A stretch of DNA of 39,103 nucleotides from a virus (lineage: Duplodnaviria > Caudoviricetes), in the IMG/VR virus record IMGVR_UViG_3300006105_000045, positions 1 through 39,103 of that record. The stretch is one strand, 5' to 3'. The notes beneath the pieces are model-generated. The model saw nothing but the letters and a program-made list of their open reading frames with translations. It was not told the DNA's origin and searched no databases. The stretch's first letter is position 1; each line of letters opens with the position of its first letter. The translations under genes and the position numbers were made by a program. Positions 8,171 through 17,742 of this stretch are shown piece by piece.

Positions 8171-8722
8171 TTAAAAGGTTATAGGAATCCACAACCATAA
8201 TGCTTGGGACATTAAAAGAGCAGCGAAAAAACCAACACCAATGCTTGCCCAATACATACGCATATTAACTGCCAGAATAGAAGCTGTTAGCAGAACAATT
8301 GCGATTTGAAATAATGAACCAGCGTAAGTATAAAAAGGACTGCGAGCTTTTGCTTCTGCTCTACCAGCTTCTAACTTTTTCGCTTTCTCCATTAATTCTT
8401 TTTTACCTTCTCCAGATTTCGGATCAGATTCGTAACGAGCAATTTTTTCTTCTAGTTTAGCAGCTTTTACTTTATCATTACGAAATTGAGCATCGTCCAA
8501 TGACTGCTCTGCCAATGTTTGTTTAATTGCTTTTGCTTGATAGAATGCCCAAGTGTTGTTCGCTTCAATAGTATTATTGAGGATTTTACTTGAGTTGGAA
8601 CCACCCATTAAAGTGTTGATTGCCAGCAATGCTGCCAAAACGCAGATTACCAGACCAGCTTTGTCTTTAATTTGGGCTTCTCTCTCTGAACGAGATAGTG
8701 GTTTTGCTTGTACTTGTTCCAT
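8171..8722 (-). CDS. DUF4337-like membrane protein (3 TM)
   Basis: LAALLAI TM, NNTWAFYQAKAIKQ and FQIAIVL..ASIL motifs as recalled for DUF4337. Confidence 0.75.
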   Translation of the reverse strand: MEQVQAKPLSRSEREAQIKDKAGLVICVLAALLAINTLMGGSNSSKILNNTIEANNTWAFYQAKAIKQTLAEQSLDDAQFRNDKVKAAKLEEKIARYESDPKSGEGKKELMEKAKKLEAGRAEAKARSPFYTYAGSLFQIAIVLLTASILAVNMRMYWASIGVGFFAALLMSQALWLWIPITF

Positions 8723-8757
8723 GATGTATCCATCTTATTATTGTTATCGGATAGAAC

Positions 8758-8765
8758 TATTTATG
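8758..8765 (-). promoter_or_regulatory. T4-like late promoter candidate
   Basis: CATAAATA in the intergenic gap ~35 nt upstream of the 8722 start. Confidence 0.55.
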
Positions 8766-8769
8766 AGAA

Positions 8770-9954
8770 TTACTCTTTCTTTCTAGGAACAGCGACAGGT
8801 TTTTCCTTATTGGACCAATCTACGATAAAATCAGGAGGAAGGGCAGTTGTAATTCTACCTGCCCCATCCTGATCTAATGGAAGCATTTCTCTTTTATCAG
8901 ATCCTATAATCCAATCAGATTTTTTAGTTTCGTTACTATCCAACTCTGTTGTTTCGATGGTAACTCCTGGACTGGACTCTCCGAAGGTTGCTGGTTCCCA
9001 GACTGGGGTACTGCTTTCTGTTGTTTGTTGTCCCAAATCAGGTTCTTTGGCTGCTCGGAATTTGTTGATGAATCTTTCTTTGATTCTGTTGATTGCGCTG
9101 GCTTCTTGTTCTGTGTTGTCTTCTTCGGAGAGTTCTTCTTTGGTTGGTTTTTCTCCAACATTTCTGTCGATTTCTGCGATGGTTTCTTCTGTGTTGCCAT
9201 TTGGTTCTTCCTCTTGTTTGATTTGAGTATTTGCTGCCATCAACAATAAAACTGCCAATGGATCAAATACTATAACAATCATAATAATGACAATTCTCAC
9301 TGCCTTTTCAAGAATTCCCTGATCGGGATTGTCACCATAAAGTAATGCTGCGATATATTTAATTGGACCTACTTCTGCTTCAACTTTTCTAAACTCAGCA
9401 GCGATAGGTGCTCTTTCCTCATTTAATCTTGCGATTCTGGTTTGAGCTGATCCAATATCAGCAAGAAGTGCGGATCGCTCTTTCTGCTGTCCTCGTCTAA
9501 TCTGTACAGATCTCTCCACTCCTTGCGTGTTGTCGCTTCTTCCGATCGCTTGATCAACCTGCGCATCAAGCTGTTTAATTGCGTTTCTTGCTGACTCGAC
9601 ATTCTCTTTCTCTGTTTTTAATTTTTGGTCGATAATTTCTATTTTACTTGCTACATCACCAGTAGGAACTGCTTGGTCTAAGTGGGCTTTTGATAGGTAA
9701 CCAAAAATTCCCATCGATGTTAATGACATAAGAATAATCAAGGCACATGTAAAATATGCTCTCATGATTATTGGTACATGTTTCCAAGTTCTATATAACC
9801 AAGAAGCAACGACAAGTTTAGCAAACTCCAATACACCACCCATAATCATAATAGGAATTACTGCTGCTGCGAAAATAGCAGTAAGACCAGCGATAGAGTA
9901 GTATGCTGAAACAACTGACAGGGCTACTGCTGTAAAATACAGCAATAAAGTCAT
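8770..9954 (-). CDS. multi-pass membrane protein with coiled coil (DUF4407-like architecture) and acidic tail
   Basis: Likely start MTLLL at 9954 (ATGA overlap); three N-terminal TMs, coiled coil, then IIIMIVIVFDPLAVLLL TM. Confidence 0.75.
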   Translation of the reverse strand: MTLLLYFTAVALSVVSAYYSIAGLTAIFAAAVIPIMIMGGVLEFAKLVVASWLYRTWKHVPIIMRAYFTCALIILMSLTSMGIFGYLSKAHLDQAVPTGDVASKIEIIDQKLKTEKENVESARNAIKQLDAQVDQAIGRSDNTQGVERSVQIRRGQQKERSALLADIGSAQTRIARLNEERAPIAAEFRKVEAEVGPIKYIAALLYGDNPDQGILEKAVRIVIIMIVIVFDPLAVLLLMAANTQIKQEEEPNGNTEETIAEIDRNVGEKPTKEELSEEDNTEQEASAINRIKERFINKFRAAKEPDLGQQTTESSTPVWEPATFGESSPGVTIETTELDSNETKKSDWIIGSDKREMLPLDQDGAGRITTALPPDFIVDWSNKEKPVAVPRKKE

Positions 9955-10358
9955 TTGTTTAGTTTGATGTGTGATTTGTGTATTCGACACTGTATTTGTC
10001 CGTTGTACCATAATTCAGGATTCTCCAAAACTTCATTAACAAATTGTTCCTTCGCTTCAAGGTATGATGTAGTTCCCTTATTTTTACAAAAATGAAGAAT
10101 CTCTCGCTTGAAGTTTCCTTCACCGAAAGTTTCAACATCTCTTTTAACTTCTTCTGAACTGGACCAGTAATTGCGCCAATCAGATTCTACCTTGGTTCGT
10201 TTCTTCTTACCGTTTATTATACGCTGTTTCGCGAACCAAAGCAACTTTTTACCAATATATTTCTTGCCTGTAGCAAGATTGGTGATTAGATATACAAAAC
10301 CTGTCCAGTCTGCAATATCTTCACCTTTGTATTCTTCACCATTATACAGCCATGTCAC
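9951..10358 (-). CDS. stand-alone GIY-YIG endonuclease
   Basis: GFVYLITN...YIGKK...YWSSS...E...YN pattern; GTG start overlapping the upstream stop. Confidence 0.85.
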   Translation of the reverse strand: MTWLYNGEEYKGEDIADWTGFVYLITNLATGKKYIGKKLLWFAKQRIINGKKKRTKVESDWRNYWSSSEEVKRDVETFGEGNFKREILHFCKNKGTTSYLEAKEQFVNEVLENPELWYNGQIQCRIHKSHIKLNK

Positions 10359-10507
10359 TGGTCATCCTCATCGTAGTCGTCCTCTTCATATATATCTGCT
10401 GAGCAGACAGGACAATACACGATGTCTTCCAGTTGTTGTTCATCACCCTTCAGTATAATTTTGCCGAGTGCTCCACACTCTACACATTCGAAATGTTTTG
10501 TGGTCAT
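10355..10507 (-). CDS. Zn-ribbon protein with acidic tail (50 aa; not in ORF track)
   Basis: MTTKHFECVECGALGKIILKGDEQQLEDIVYCPVCSADIYEEDDYDEDDQ*; overlaps both neighbouring genes by 4 nt. Confidence 0.8.
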   Translation of the reverse strand: MTTKHFECVECGALGKIILKGDEQQLEDIVYCPVCSADIYEEDDYDEDDQ

Positions 10508-11496
10508 GCTGCTTTACCCCACACATCTCCCCAATCTCCAGACAAAGCACCCTTTGCGTAATCAGTTACACGATTCTCAAAGAAGTTGCCATGGATTGGT
10601 GCATTGATCATTTCCTCTACCCATGGTAGTGGATTCCTTTTAACTTTAAAGATACCTTTCATGCCAAGACTGATCAGACGACGATCAGCGATATAACGAA
10701 TATATTGTTTAACATCAGCTGCAGATAGTTCTCTCATCTCAGCATTAGCGAAGGACAAGTCAATAAACTTATCTTCCAACTCAACCATTTTCTCAGCGAT
10801 TGTGTAGATTTTACCTTTTAATTCATCATTCCAGATTTCGTTGTTCTCTTTGATAAACTCTTTGAACAAACGAATCATTGATTCAGCGTGGATTGTTTCA
10901 TCAGCAATTGACCAAGTAACAATCTGACCCATACCTTTCATTAACCCATGGCGTGGGAAATTAAGGAGCATAATGAATGAACTAAAAAGTTGCATGCCCT
11001 CAGTGAAAGCAGAAAAGACAGCAATATGAGTAGCAGTAGACTCAAGTGTACCATTTTTACTAGACAATTCCGTAACATAATCATGCTTATCTTTCATCTC
11101 CTGATATTCTAAGAATTGATTATATGTTGTTTCAGGTAAACCAAGTGTTTCAATTAAGTGAGAGTAAGCAGCAATATGTAATGCTTCACGAGCTGCGAAA
11201 CCCATAAGCATCATGCGGATTTCAGGTTGTGGGAAATAAGGAAGATAATTATTAACATAACCACCAGCAACATCAATGTCTCCTTGAGTGAAGAATCTGA
11301 AGATGTTCGTGAGAAATTGTTTTTCTTCATTTGTTAGTTTCTTTTTCCAGTCTTTAACATCCTCAGCCATTGGAACTTCTGAGTGAAGCCAATGCGCTTG
11401 TTCATGTTTTAACCAAGCATCATATGCCCAAGGATAGTTAAAAGGTTTAAAATAGGTGCGTTGATCCGTTAATTTTGTTTTTTCTTTTTTTACCAT
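10504..11496 (-). CDS. nrdB: ribonucleotide reductase class Ia beta subunit
   Basis: FFTQGD, EALHIAAYS (radical Tyr), EGMQLFSSF, DETIH, NFFENRVTDY. Confidence 0.96.
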   Translation of the reverse strand: MVKKEKTKLTDQRTYFKPFNYPWAYDAWLKHEQAHWLHSEVPMAEDVKDWKKKLTNEEKQFLTNIFRFFTQGDIDVAGGYVNNYLPYFPQPEIRMMLMGFAAREALHIAAYSHLIETLGLPETTYNQFLEYQEMKDKHDYVTELSSKNGTLESTATHIAVFSAFTEGMQLFSSFIMLLNFPRHGLMKGMGQIVTWSIADETIHAESMIRLFKEFIKENNEIWNDELKGKIYTIAEKMVELEDKFIDLSFANAEMRELSAADVKQYIRYIADRRLISLGMKGIFKVKRNPLPWVEEMINAPIHGNFFENRVTDYAKGALSGDWGDVWGKAA

Positions 11497-11505
11497 ATTT
11501 TCCTC

Positions 11506-12963
11506 TTATGACCAGACTCTAAAGTTTTCTAAAGAGCAAGGGTTCTTTTCATTATATTCGCGATAGAACAAACTGTTCGTATCTTTGTTTGGTCGCCAGT
11601 CTGTCATTTCGAATGCGATCGGTCCAAGATATGGATCGGCATGCTTTAGAACAAACTCATGATCAATTTCTTCTGGCTCTACATAACCACGATTAGGATT
11701 TTCGATTGCCCAAATCATTGCTCCGAGCATCGCTGCAATAACCTGAAGTGATGTAGCATTTTCTCCAGGGATCAATTTTCTTGCTTCCTCAATACTTAGT
11801 TGACTGCCATGCCAACAAGCAAAGTCATCACCAATTAACAGAACACCAAGTTCATCGATTCCAGAAATAATTTCATCTTTAATAACACGCTGTTTATATT
11901 GCATATCTAATTCACGACCACGAAGTTCATGAACAGAAGCAATCGCTGCATCACATGGTTGATATACATAGTGAACAGTTGGACGGAATGATTCATCTTT
12001 GGTTGTGAAGTATTCGCTGATTGTAACTGCCTCAGAGTGTTGAACTAGGAAACCATTAAACTGACCACCAAGTGGAACCCAAGACTTAACTAGAACAGCA
12101 AGTCCTGGCTCTTTGACGAAGGCAGTGTTACCTTGAACAGCACCATTCTCTGGATGAGCATCTTCATGTGTTCCCCATCCCATTTCTGCTGGAGCACGAC
12201 CTTCTGCCCAGAATCCTTCAGGACTCCAAGTATTAACAAATTCATTCTTTTCTTTTGGTTCGTCAATAATCTGAGTATCTCTCTCAGCAATGTGAACAAC
12301 TTTAACACCCAAAGATTTCATTAACTTTGCCCATCCTTCGCGATCGGCAGGTTTGTTTGCTTTCTTACCTTTCTTCTCGGCAAGTTTCAACAGTGCTCGT
12401 TTAGTAAGGTGAGTAACAAGTCCAGGATTTGCGCCATGAGTAACTGTTGCTGTAGGAGCATTAGGATACTTCTCAGCAACCTTACGCATTTGTCTATGAG
12501 CAGCAAACAGAGTACGATCCTTCATTCTAGGAATAGTTTCGTCTGGCTGATCAGCCCAACGCTCTAACGAAGTATTAATGTAGTTACAGTCATGTTGCCA
12601 TGCCCACTCAAGAATTTCTTCAACACCAATGTTTAAACTTACATCAACAATGAAGCCATTGTCGCCTACATGTTCTGCCAATGTCTTGTCTAGATTGTTT
12701 CGAAGAATTTCCTTCTTAACATAGTTTACGCCATTACCTTTGTTGCGTTCTTTAAATACTTTCTCATTATCACCACGCTCTAACACTGTAATTTGTTTAC
12801 CATTACCACAGATGTGTTTCATAATGGTAGGAAGAATCGCTTGACCCACAGAACCATAACCAATAATAAGAATCTTCTTGTCTGCTGGCCATACGACATC
12901 TTTCTTAGATGAAGCGTAGCCAATATATTGTTTAAATGGTGGTACTTTTGTTTTTCTTATCAT
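11506..12963 (-). CDS. hss: homospermidine synthase
   Basis: Rossmann IIGYGSVGQ, HGANPGLV, IAERDTQ, EFVNTWSPEGF, PTVHYVY, GIDELGVL and NATSLQV. Confidence 0.9.
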   Translation of the reverse strand: MIRKTKVPPFKQYIGYASSKKDVVWPADKKILIIGYGSVGQAILPTIMKHICGNGKQITVLERGDNEKVFKERNKGNGVNYVKKEILRNNLDKTLAEHVGDNGFIVDVSLNIGVEEILEWAWQHDCNYINTSLERWADQPDETIPRMKDRTLFAAHRQMRKVAEKYPNAPTATVTHGANPGLVTHLTKRALLKLAEKKGKKANKPADREGWAKLMKSLGVKVVHIAERDTQIIDEPKEKNEFVNTWSPEGFWAEGRAPAEMGWGTHEDAHPENGAVQGNTAFVKEPGLAVLVKSWVPLGGQFNGFLVQHSEAVTISEYFTTKDESFRPTVHYVYQPCDAAIASVHELRGRELDMQYKQRVIKDEIISGIDELGVLLIGDDFACWHGSQLSIEEARKLIPGENATSLQVIAAMLGAMIWAIENPNRGYVEPEEIDHEFVLKHADPYLGPIAFEMTDWRPNKDTNSLFYREYNEKNPCSLENFRVWS

Positions 12964-12971
12964 TTTATCCT

Positions 12972-13562
12972 TTATCTTTCAAAATTGATGTTGAAAGCGA
13001 AACTAATTCTAGTATCATCTGTTTTATTTGGAGCAATTCCATGTTTTAACCATCCTGGAAATAATATCAATTTACCATTAGCAGGTTTATGTTCCCAAGG
13101 TTTATTAGAATTATCAAAACAAGGAGAACATTCACCAACTAAATTAGGTGTTTCAAATTGAATATTTCCGTCTTCCCCATTTGTTTTAATATAAAAAACT
13201 CCAGAAATGTCAGTCCAACCATGGCTATGGGTATGTCCATAATCTTCTTTTTCAAATTTTGTAAACCAAGACTCTTTAACTGTATATGGTTTAAAAGCAA
13301 ATTTGAGATATTCGCAATATTGTTTTAAATGTTTATCTAAAATATTTTTAAATGTAACAAGTTTAAAATTATCAATTTCATTTGTAGAAAAATTATTCGA
13401 GATCATATGAGTATTTTCCCAATGAGTTGGCATAACCCATTGAACTTTTTCCAGAGCAGAGTTCATCTCATTCTCAAGTTCAACATTATAATTTGGGAAT
13501 GCTACATAAATCGGTGTTGGAAATATGTTCTCAATAAAATGTAAATCATCATTAATATCCAT
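12972..13562 (-). CDS. 2OG-Fe(II) oxygenase (TIGR02466-like)
   Basis: FPTPIY, HSH...ISGVFY, GKLILFPGWLKHGI...RISFAFN. Confidence 0.88.
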   Translation of the reverse strand: MDINDDLHFIENIFPTPIYVAFPNYNVELENEMNSALEKVQWVMPTHWENTHMISNNFSTNEIDNFKLVTFKNILDKHLKQYCEYLKFAFKPYTVKESWFTKFEKEDYGHTHSHGWTDISGVFYIKTNGEDGNIQFETPNLVGECSPCFDNSNKPWEHKPANGKLILFPGWLKHGIAPNKTDDTRISFAFNINFER

Positions 13563-15359
13563 TTATCCCTCGCATGCTAGGCATTCTACACCTTCTGTTA
13601 AATCGTGTAGGTTAATTTCTTGAATGATTTCTCTTTCAATTCTCTTAGCAACTTTATCAGCTTTCGCGATCTTGTCACTGCGACAATAATAGAGAGTCTT
13701 TAATTTTTGTTTCCATGCTTGAAAGTGAACAGCATGAATATACTTAATATGACTATCAGGTCTAAAGAATAAGTTTACAGATTGCGCTTGATCGATATAT
13801 TCTTGACGATCTGAGGCATGCTGTATAACCCATCGCTGGTCGATTTCCATTGAAGTTTTGAAAACATCTCTTGTCCAGTCATCCAAGATTTCGAGATGTT
13901 GAACGCTTCCATCGTTGGCGATAATACTTGACCAGATTTCGTTATAGTCCAACTTAGTGTCATTTTCACATTTATCCTTAATAATCTTATCTAGATATTT
14001 ATTCTTGTTCAGGTGTGAACCTGAGAGAGTATCTTGGCGATACGCATTGGCACGATAAGGTTCAATGCTAGGACTAGTATTCCCCATGAGAATGGAAGAA
14101 GAAGCATTGGGAGCAATAGCCATAAGATGACTAAACCTATTTCCAGTACCGACCGCATCAGGAGCCTCGCCACGCTCCTTTCCCAGTTTTTTATTAGCTG
14201 CATCTAAATTTTCTCTTATAGTTTTGAAGATGTTTTTGTTTCTACCGACAGCAAGCGAAGACTCCCACGGTAACGAATTTCGTTGTAGATAAGCATGCCA
14301 ACCGAGAGCACCGATACCAATGCTTCGCTCACGCATTGCAGAATACTTGGCTCTTTTGATCGCAGAAGGAGCATGATCAATAAAATATTGAAGAACATTG
14401 TCAAGCATCTCTGCAACATCAGAAAGGAATAAAGGATCGTTTTTCCAGTCATCATAATACTCCAAGTTTAGTGAAGACAAACAACATACAGCAGTACGCT
14501 TTTCGTTCGTTGGTAAAATAATTTCAGAGCAAAGATTAGATTGATTAATCTTTAACCCTTTATCCTTCAACCACTGTGGCATCTTGCGATTAGATTCATC
14601 AATGAAGTGAATATATGGTTCACCAGTCATCATACGCAACTCAAGTAGTTTCTGCCACAATTCTTTAGCTGAAACAGTTTCGCGAACTTCTTTTGATGCT
14701 GGATCAACAAGATTCCAAGAGTCATCAAAGTTTGGATCAATCATAGACTGTTCAATGATTTCCATAAATGCGTCAGGAATATTGATCCCGTGATGCATGT
14801 TCAATGTTCTGAGGTTTTGATCCCCAGTAGGTTTACGCATTTCGAGAAAAGGAATGATATCGGGATGGCTAATGTCAAGATAGGCAGCATAACTACCACG
14901 ACGAGTACGACCTTGACGATACGCCAAAGAAGAAGCGTCATACATTTTAAGATGTGGCATAACCCCAGTAGACTTATCATCGGCAGAGCGAATACCAAAC
15001 CCAATACCAACACCACCCCCAAGCATAGAGAGCCAATTCGTTTCGGAAAGGTTATCAACTAATCCCTCCGCAGTATCTTCAATATAATTAAGGAAACAAG
15101 ATATAGGCAGACCACGCTTACTGCGACCAAAAGAAAGAATGGGAGTAGAGTAAGAGAGCCAATGCTTACTTGAATATTCATAAAGTCGTTGCGCATGTTT
15201 TTCATCACTTGAAAAGGTTTTAGAAACAAAAGCAAATCGTTCTTGAGGACTTACTTCATCATCTTTCATATAGGACTCTCTCAATCTTAACAACCCCAAT
15301 TCATCAAACAATGAATCACGAGAAAAGTCTACCTTGATACCATGAACGACATCTGCCAT
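13563..15359 (-). CDS. nrdA: ribonucleotide reductase class Ia alpha subunit (no ATP cone)
   Basis: PISCF, GGGVG, SNLCSEI, AIAPNASSS, KTLYY and C-terminal CLAC. Confidence 0.96.
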   Translation of the reverse strand: MADVVHGIKVDFSRDSLFDELGLLRLRESYMKDDEVSPQERFAFVSKTFSSDEKHAQRLYEYSSKHWLSYSTPILSFGRSKRGLPISCFLNYIEDTAEGLVDNLSETNWLSMLGGGVGIGFGIRSADDKSTGVMPHLKMYDASSLAYRQGRTRRGSYAAYLDISHPDIIPFLEMRKPTGDQNLRTLNMHHGINIPDAFMEIIEQSMIDPNFDDSWNLVDPASKEVRETVSAKELWQKLLELRMMTGEPYIHFIDESNRKMPQWLKDKGLKINQSNLCSEIILPTNEKRTAVCCLSSLNLEYYDDWKNDPLFLSDVAEMLDNVLQYFIDHAPSAIKRAKYSAMRERSIGIGALGWHAYLQRNSLPWESSLAVGRNKNIFKTIRENLDAANKKLGKERGEAPDAVGTGNRFSHLMAIAPNASSSILMGNTSPSIEPYRANAYRQDTLSGSHLNKNKYLDKIIKDKCENDTKLDYNEIWSSIIANDGSVQHLEILDDWTRDVFKTSMEIDQRWVIQHASDRQEYIDQAQSVNLFFRPDSHIKYIHAVHFQAWKQKLKTLYYCRSDKIAKADKVAKRIEREIIQEINLHDLTEGVECLACEG

Positions 15360-15380
15360 ATATTACTCCAATTATAATTA

Positions 15381-16046
15381 TTATTCTGTTACAAATTCAG
15401 TTGTTAGAGGAAACACTTCTGATATAACTCTAGCGCATTCCTTAGCTACCAACTGATGTTCTTTTTGAGTGCCATTAGCACTGCGTAATTCGATAAAGTG
15501 AATCCAACTTCTTAAAGTACCATTCATATATAAGCGAGAAACAGTTAATCCTTCTGGCAGTACTGCTCTTGCTTGTTCTTTAGCGATACCATTTTGAATC
15601 GCCCATTCGTATGCACTTTTTACTGTTTCAAGAACACGCTTCTGCTGTGTTTCCCAAAATGCTTGAAGTGCTGGATTGTCAGTTTCAATACTATTTTGTC
15701 TGTTTTTGTTGTCTTGTAATCTGGCTTCCCTTAACACGAAATCTAATTCTTTTGTTGGATCAGCATATCTTTGACTGAACTCTTGAAAAGAAAAAGAGCG
15801 ATGTCTTAAAATTTGTCTCGCTATATCACGAGTAGTTTCAATCTCTAAACACATTGATACCATTTCTAATGGTGACCAATGTTTATTGTTTATTAGATAA
15901 CGAATTAACTTCTCTGATGTATCTGTGTTGTTTTGATTACTCGGGTTTGAAACTCTGGCGCAGAAAGCAACTAAATCGGTAGTAGTTTGCTCTGTCTCGA
16001 ATGCCTTTGAATAACTAATTAACTTAACTCTCAACACTTTCTCCAT
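15381..16046 (-). CDS. thyX: flavin-dependent thymidylate synthase
   Basis: HWSPLE and RHRSFSFQEFSQRY ThyX motif; exact start uncertain because of the overlap with primase. Confidence 0.95.
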   Translation of the reverse strand: MEKVLRVKLISYSKAFETEQTTTDLVAFCARVSNPSNQNNTDTSEKLIRYLINNKHWSPLEMVSMCLEIETTRDIARQILRHRSFSFQEFSQRYADPTKELDFVLREARLQDNKNRQNSIETDNPALQAFWETQQKRVLETVKSAYEWAIQNGIAKEQARAVLPEGLTVSRLYMNGTLRSWIHFIELRSANGTQKEHQLVAKECARVISEVFPLTTEFVTE

Positions 16047-17047
16047 GTACTAAATCTTAATTTGGCTTCTATTCCCGAAAAGGTATTTGTATTTATGAGA
16101 TCCAAGATTTGAGCAGGTGTTTTACCTGATAAAATCATCTCGTTAATATCCTTCTCCTGTACCGTATCTGGGTACATCACTACATTATACCCCTTGTCAA
16201 TATACTTAGCAAGTTGTTTGCTAATTTCTTTGCTTCGAGGTTCATTGTCCATTACTATCGTTGCATTAGTAAGCAACTTCCTAACAGTAGGGGTATCAAA
16301 ACTACTTCCTGACACAGCGATTGAATTTGGAAGAAACAACGAATCAAGAGGTCCCTCAACCACATAGATTCGTTCCGCATAGTCGACTCGCTCCAATCCA
16401 TAGATTTTCTCCTCGTCTTCATTAATTTTGATAGTATAATACTTAGGTTCTTCTTTACCGAATGCTCTACCTTGATAGGCAATTACCTTACCGAAAGAAT
16501 TAAAATAAGGGATGATCAATCTTGGATGATCATCCTCTTCGTTGGTAAATTTAAATGACACACTGTTTGTATACTTTTTGAACTTAGAACAGAAGTAAAG
16601 CAGATTCCACTTATCTTTAGGGATAAGTCGCTTAGCAACATAAGCAACAGCTGGATGTGTCTCGGGAAGTTTATCTAATCGTGTTAGTGGTTCTAGAGTG
16701 TCGTCTTCTAACTCTAAAATTGGCGTATCGTTGACAAACTCTTCAACGCTTTTGTGATCGTTATATCGAGTAGCACCATTTTTATATCGTTCAACGACAT
16801 ATTGATCATACAAATTTGAATCAACATGTTTGATTAGATTACCAAGATTTGTGCTGTATCCACACTTGTGACATTTAACAAGTAGATCTTGTTTAAACTT
16901 ATAGATAAACCCTCTGGCTTTGCGAGGATTATTTTTTGAATCGCCACAGACTGGACAACTGTAGTTCCAAAGATAATCGTTTTTCTTTGTAAAGTTGCGT
17001 AGTCTAGTGCCGAGTTGCGATGCGTATTTTGAGTCGATATGTAGCAT
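16031..17047 (-). CDS. 61: DNA primase (T4 gp61-like)
   Basis: CPVCGDS...CHKCG Zn finger, YQGRA, VVEGPLDS and DNEPR...KDINE TOPRIM motifs. Confidence 0.95.
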   Translation of the reverse strand: MLHIDSKYASQLGTRLRNFTKKNDYLWNYSCPVCGDSKNNPRKARGFIYKFKQDLLVKCHKCGYSTNLGNLIKHVDSNLYDQYVVERYKNGATRYNDHKSVEEFVNDTPILELEDDTLEPLTRLDKLPETHPAVAYVAKRLIPKDKWNLLYFCSKFKKYTNSVSFKFTNEEDDHPRLIIPYFNSFGKVIAYQGRAFGKEEPKYYTIKINEDEEKIYGLERVDYAERIYVVEGPLDSLFLPNSIAVSGSSFDTPTVRKLLTNATIVMDNEPRSKEISKQLAKYIDKGYNVVMYPDTVQEKDINEMILSGKTPAQILDLINTNTFSGIEAKLRFSTWRKC

Positions 17048-17054
17048 AATAATT

Positions 17055-17083
17055 ATTATACCTTATTACCAAATAAAAAGCAA
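17055..17083 (-). promoter_or_regulatory. sigma70-type promoter upstream of primase
   Basis: TTGCTT-17 nt-TATAAT; the -10 box ends 7 nt before the ATG. Confidence 0.65.
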
Positions 17084-17099
17084 TCCCAAAGGATTGCTT
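17075..17099 (-). terminator. Rho-independent terminator after the lysis/late genes
   Basis: AAGCAATCC-TTTG-GGATTGCTT-TTT hairpin; its 3' arm doubles as the -35 box. Confidence 0.7.
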
Positions 17100-17119
17100 C
17101 TTGCGACTCTTGCAATATT

Positions 17120-17485
17120 TTACTTAAAGAATTTTTCGAAAAAATCTACATGTCCGATAAGGTATCCAATAACAATTGCGCCACCAATTACATAGTATTT
17201 CCACTGTTCAAGAGAGGAAACTCTATTGTTCATTTTATCTAGATCTTCAACAACCTGAACTTTAATTTCAGCATGTTGGTCTTGAGAAATTTGAGCATTT
17301 GCTTGCATCTTGTGCTCTAAACGAGATTGCATTGCATCGATCTTGTCAACAATTTCTCTGTTGCTTGTAGTAATACGAGAATGTAGTTCTTTAATGTCAT
17401 GTTTCACTTCGTTGACATCCTCTTTAATTGTTTCTACTTGGGCTTCCAATCTAGCCACCCTTTCAGTATCTAATTGATCAGTCAT
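17120..17485 (-). CDS. coiled-coil protein with C-terminal TM (possibly lysis-associated)
   Basis: RVARLEAQ heptads and WKYYVIGGAIVIGYLI; translationally coupled to the spanins. Confidence 0.65.
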   Translation of the reverse strand: MTDQLDTERVARLEAQVETIKEDVNEVKHDIKELHSRITTSNREIVDKIDAMQSRLEHKMQANAQISQDQHAEIKVQVVEDLDKMNNRVSSLEQWKYYVIGGAIVIGYLIGHVDFFEKFFK

Positions 17486-17742
17486 TTTACGCTCTCGAAA
17501 ATTTGTTTCTGAGTATTATACCACTCAACCCATGTGTCGACCTTTACTTGACACTCTTTATATTGACCATAGTTCTCAGTAACAACTCGAATAACATCAC
17601 TTAATTTAGTTGTATCATCGGTTTGTTTCAAACTAGGACAAGCTACTTTCAAGTCATCTGGCGCATCTGGGAAGTGTCTAGCAACAGGAGTCGCAGCACA
17701 TCCAGAAAGTAATAACATACTGATTACTAATAATTTTCTCAT
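17482..17742 (-). CDS. o-spanin (Rz1-like lipoprotein)
   Basis: LLSG-C lipobox, Pro-rich segment, C...NY..Y..C....W pattern; coupled to the i-spanin. Confidence 0.82.
   Translation of the reverse strand: MRKLLVISMLLLSGCAATPVARHFPDAPDDLKVACPSLKQTDDTTKLSDVIRVVTENYGQYKECQVKVDTWVEWYNTQKQIFESVK

Noticed and set aside
10355-10507. LysW amino-group carrier protein
   Set aside because: It has a Zn ribbon and acidic tail but lacks the C-terminal EDWGE motif, and no LysX/ArgX ligase is nearby.
10504-15359. Intron, intein or homing element splitting the RNR genes
   Set aside because: nrdA and nrdB are each intact and of normal length; the intervening genes are metabolic. gp43, gp41 and primase also show no intein-sized insertions.
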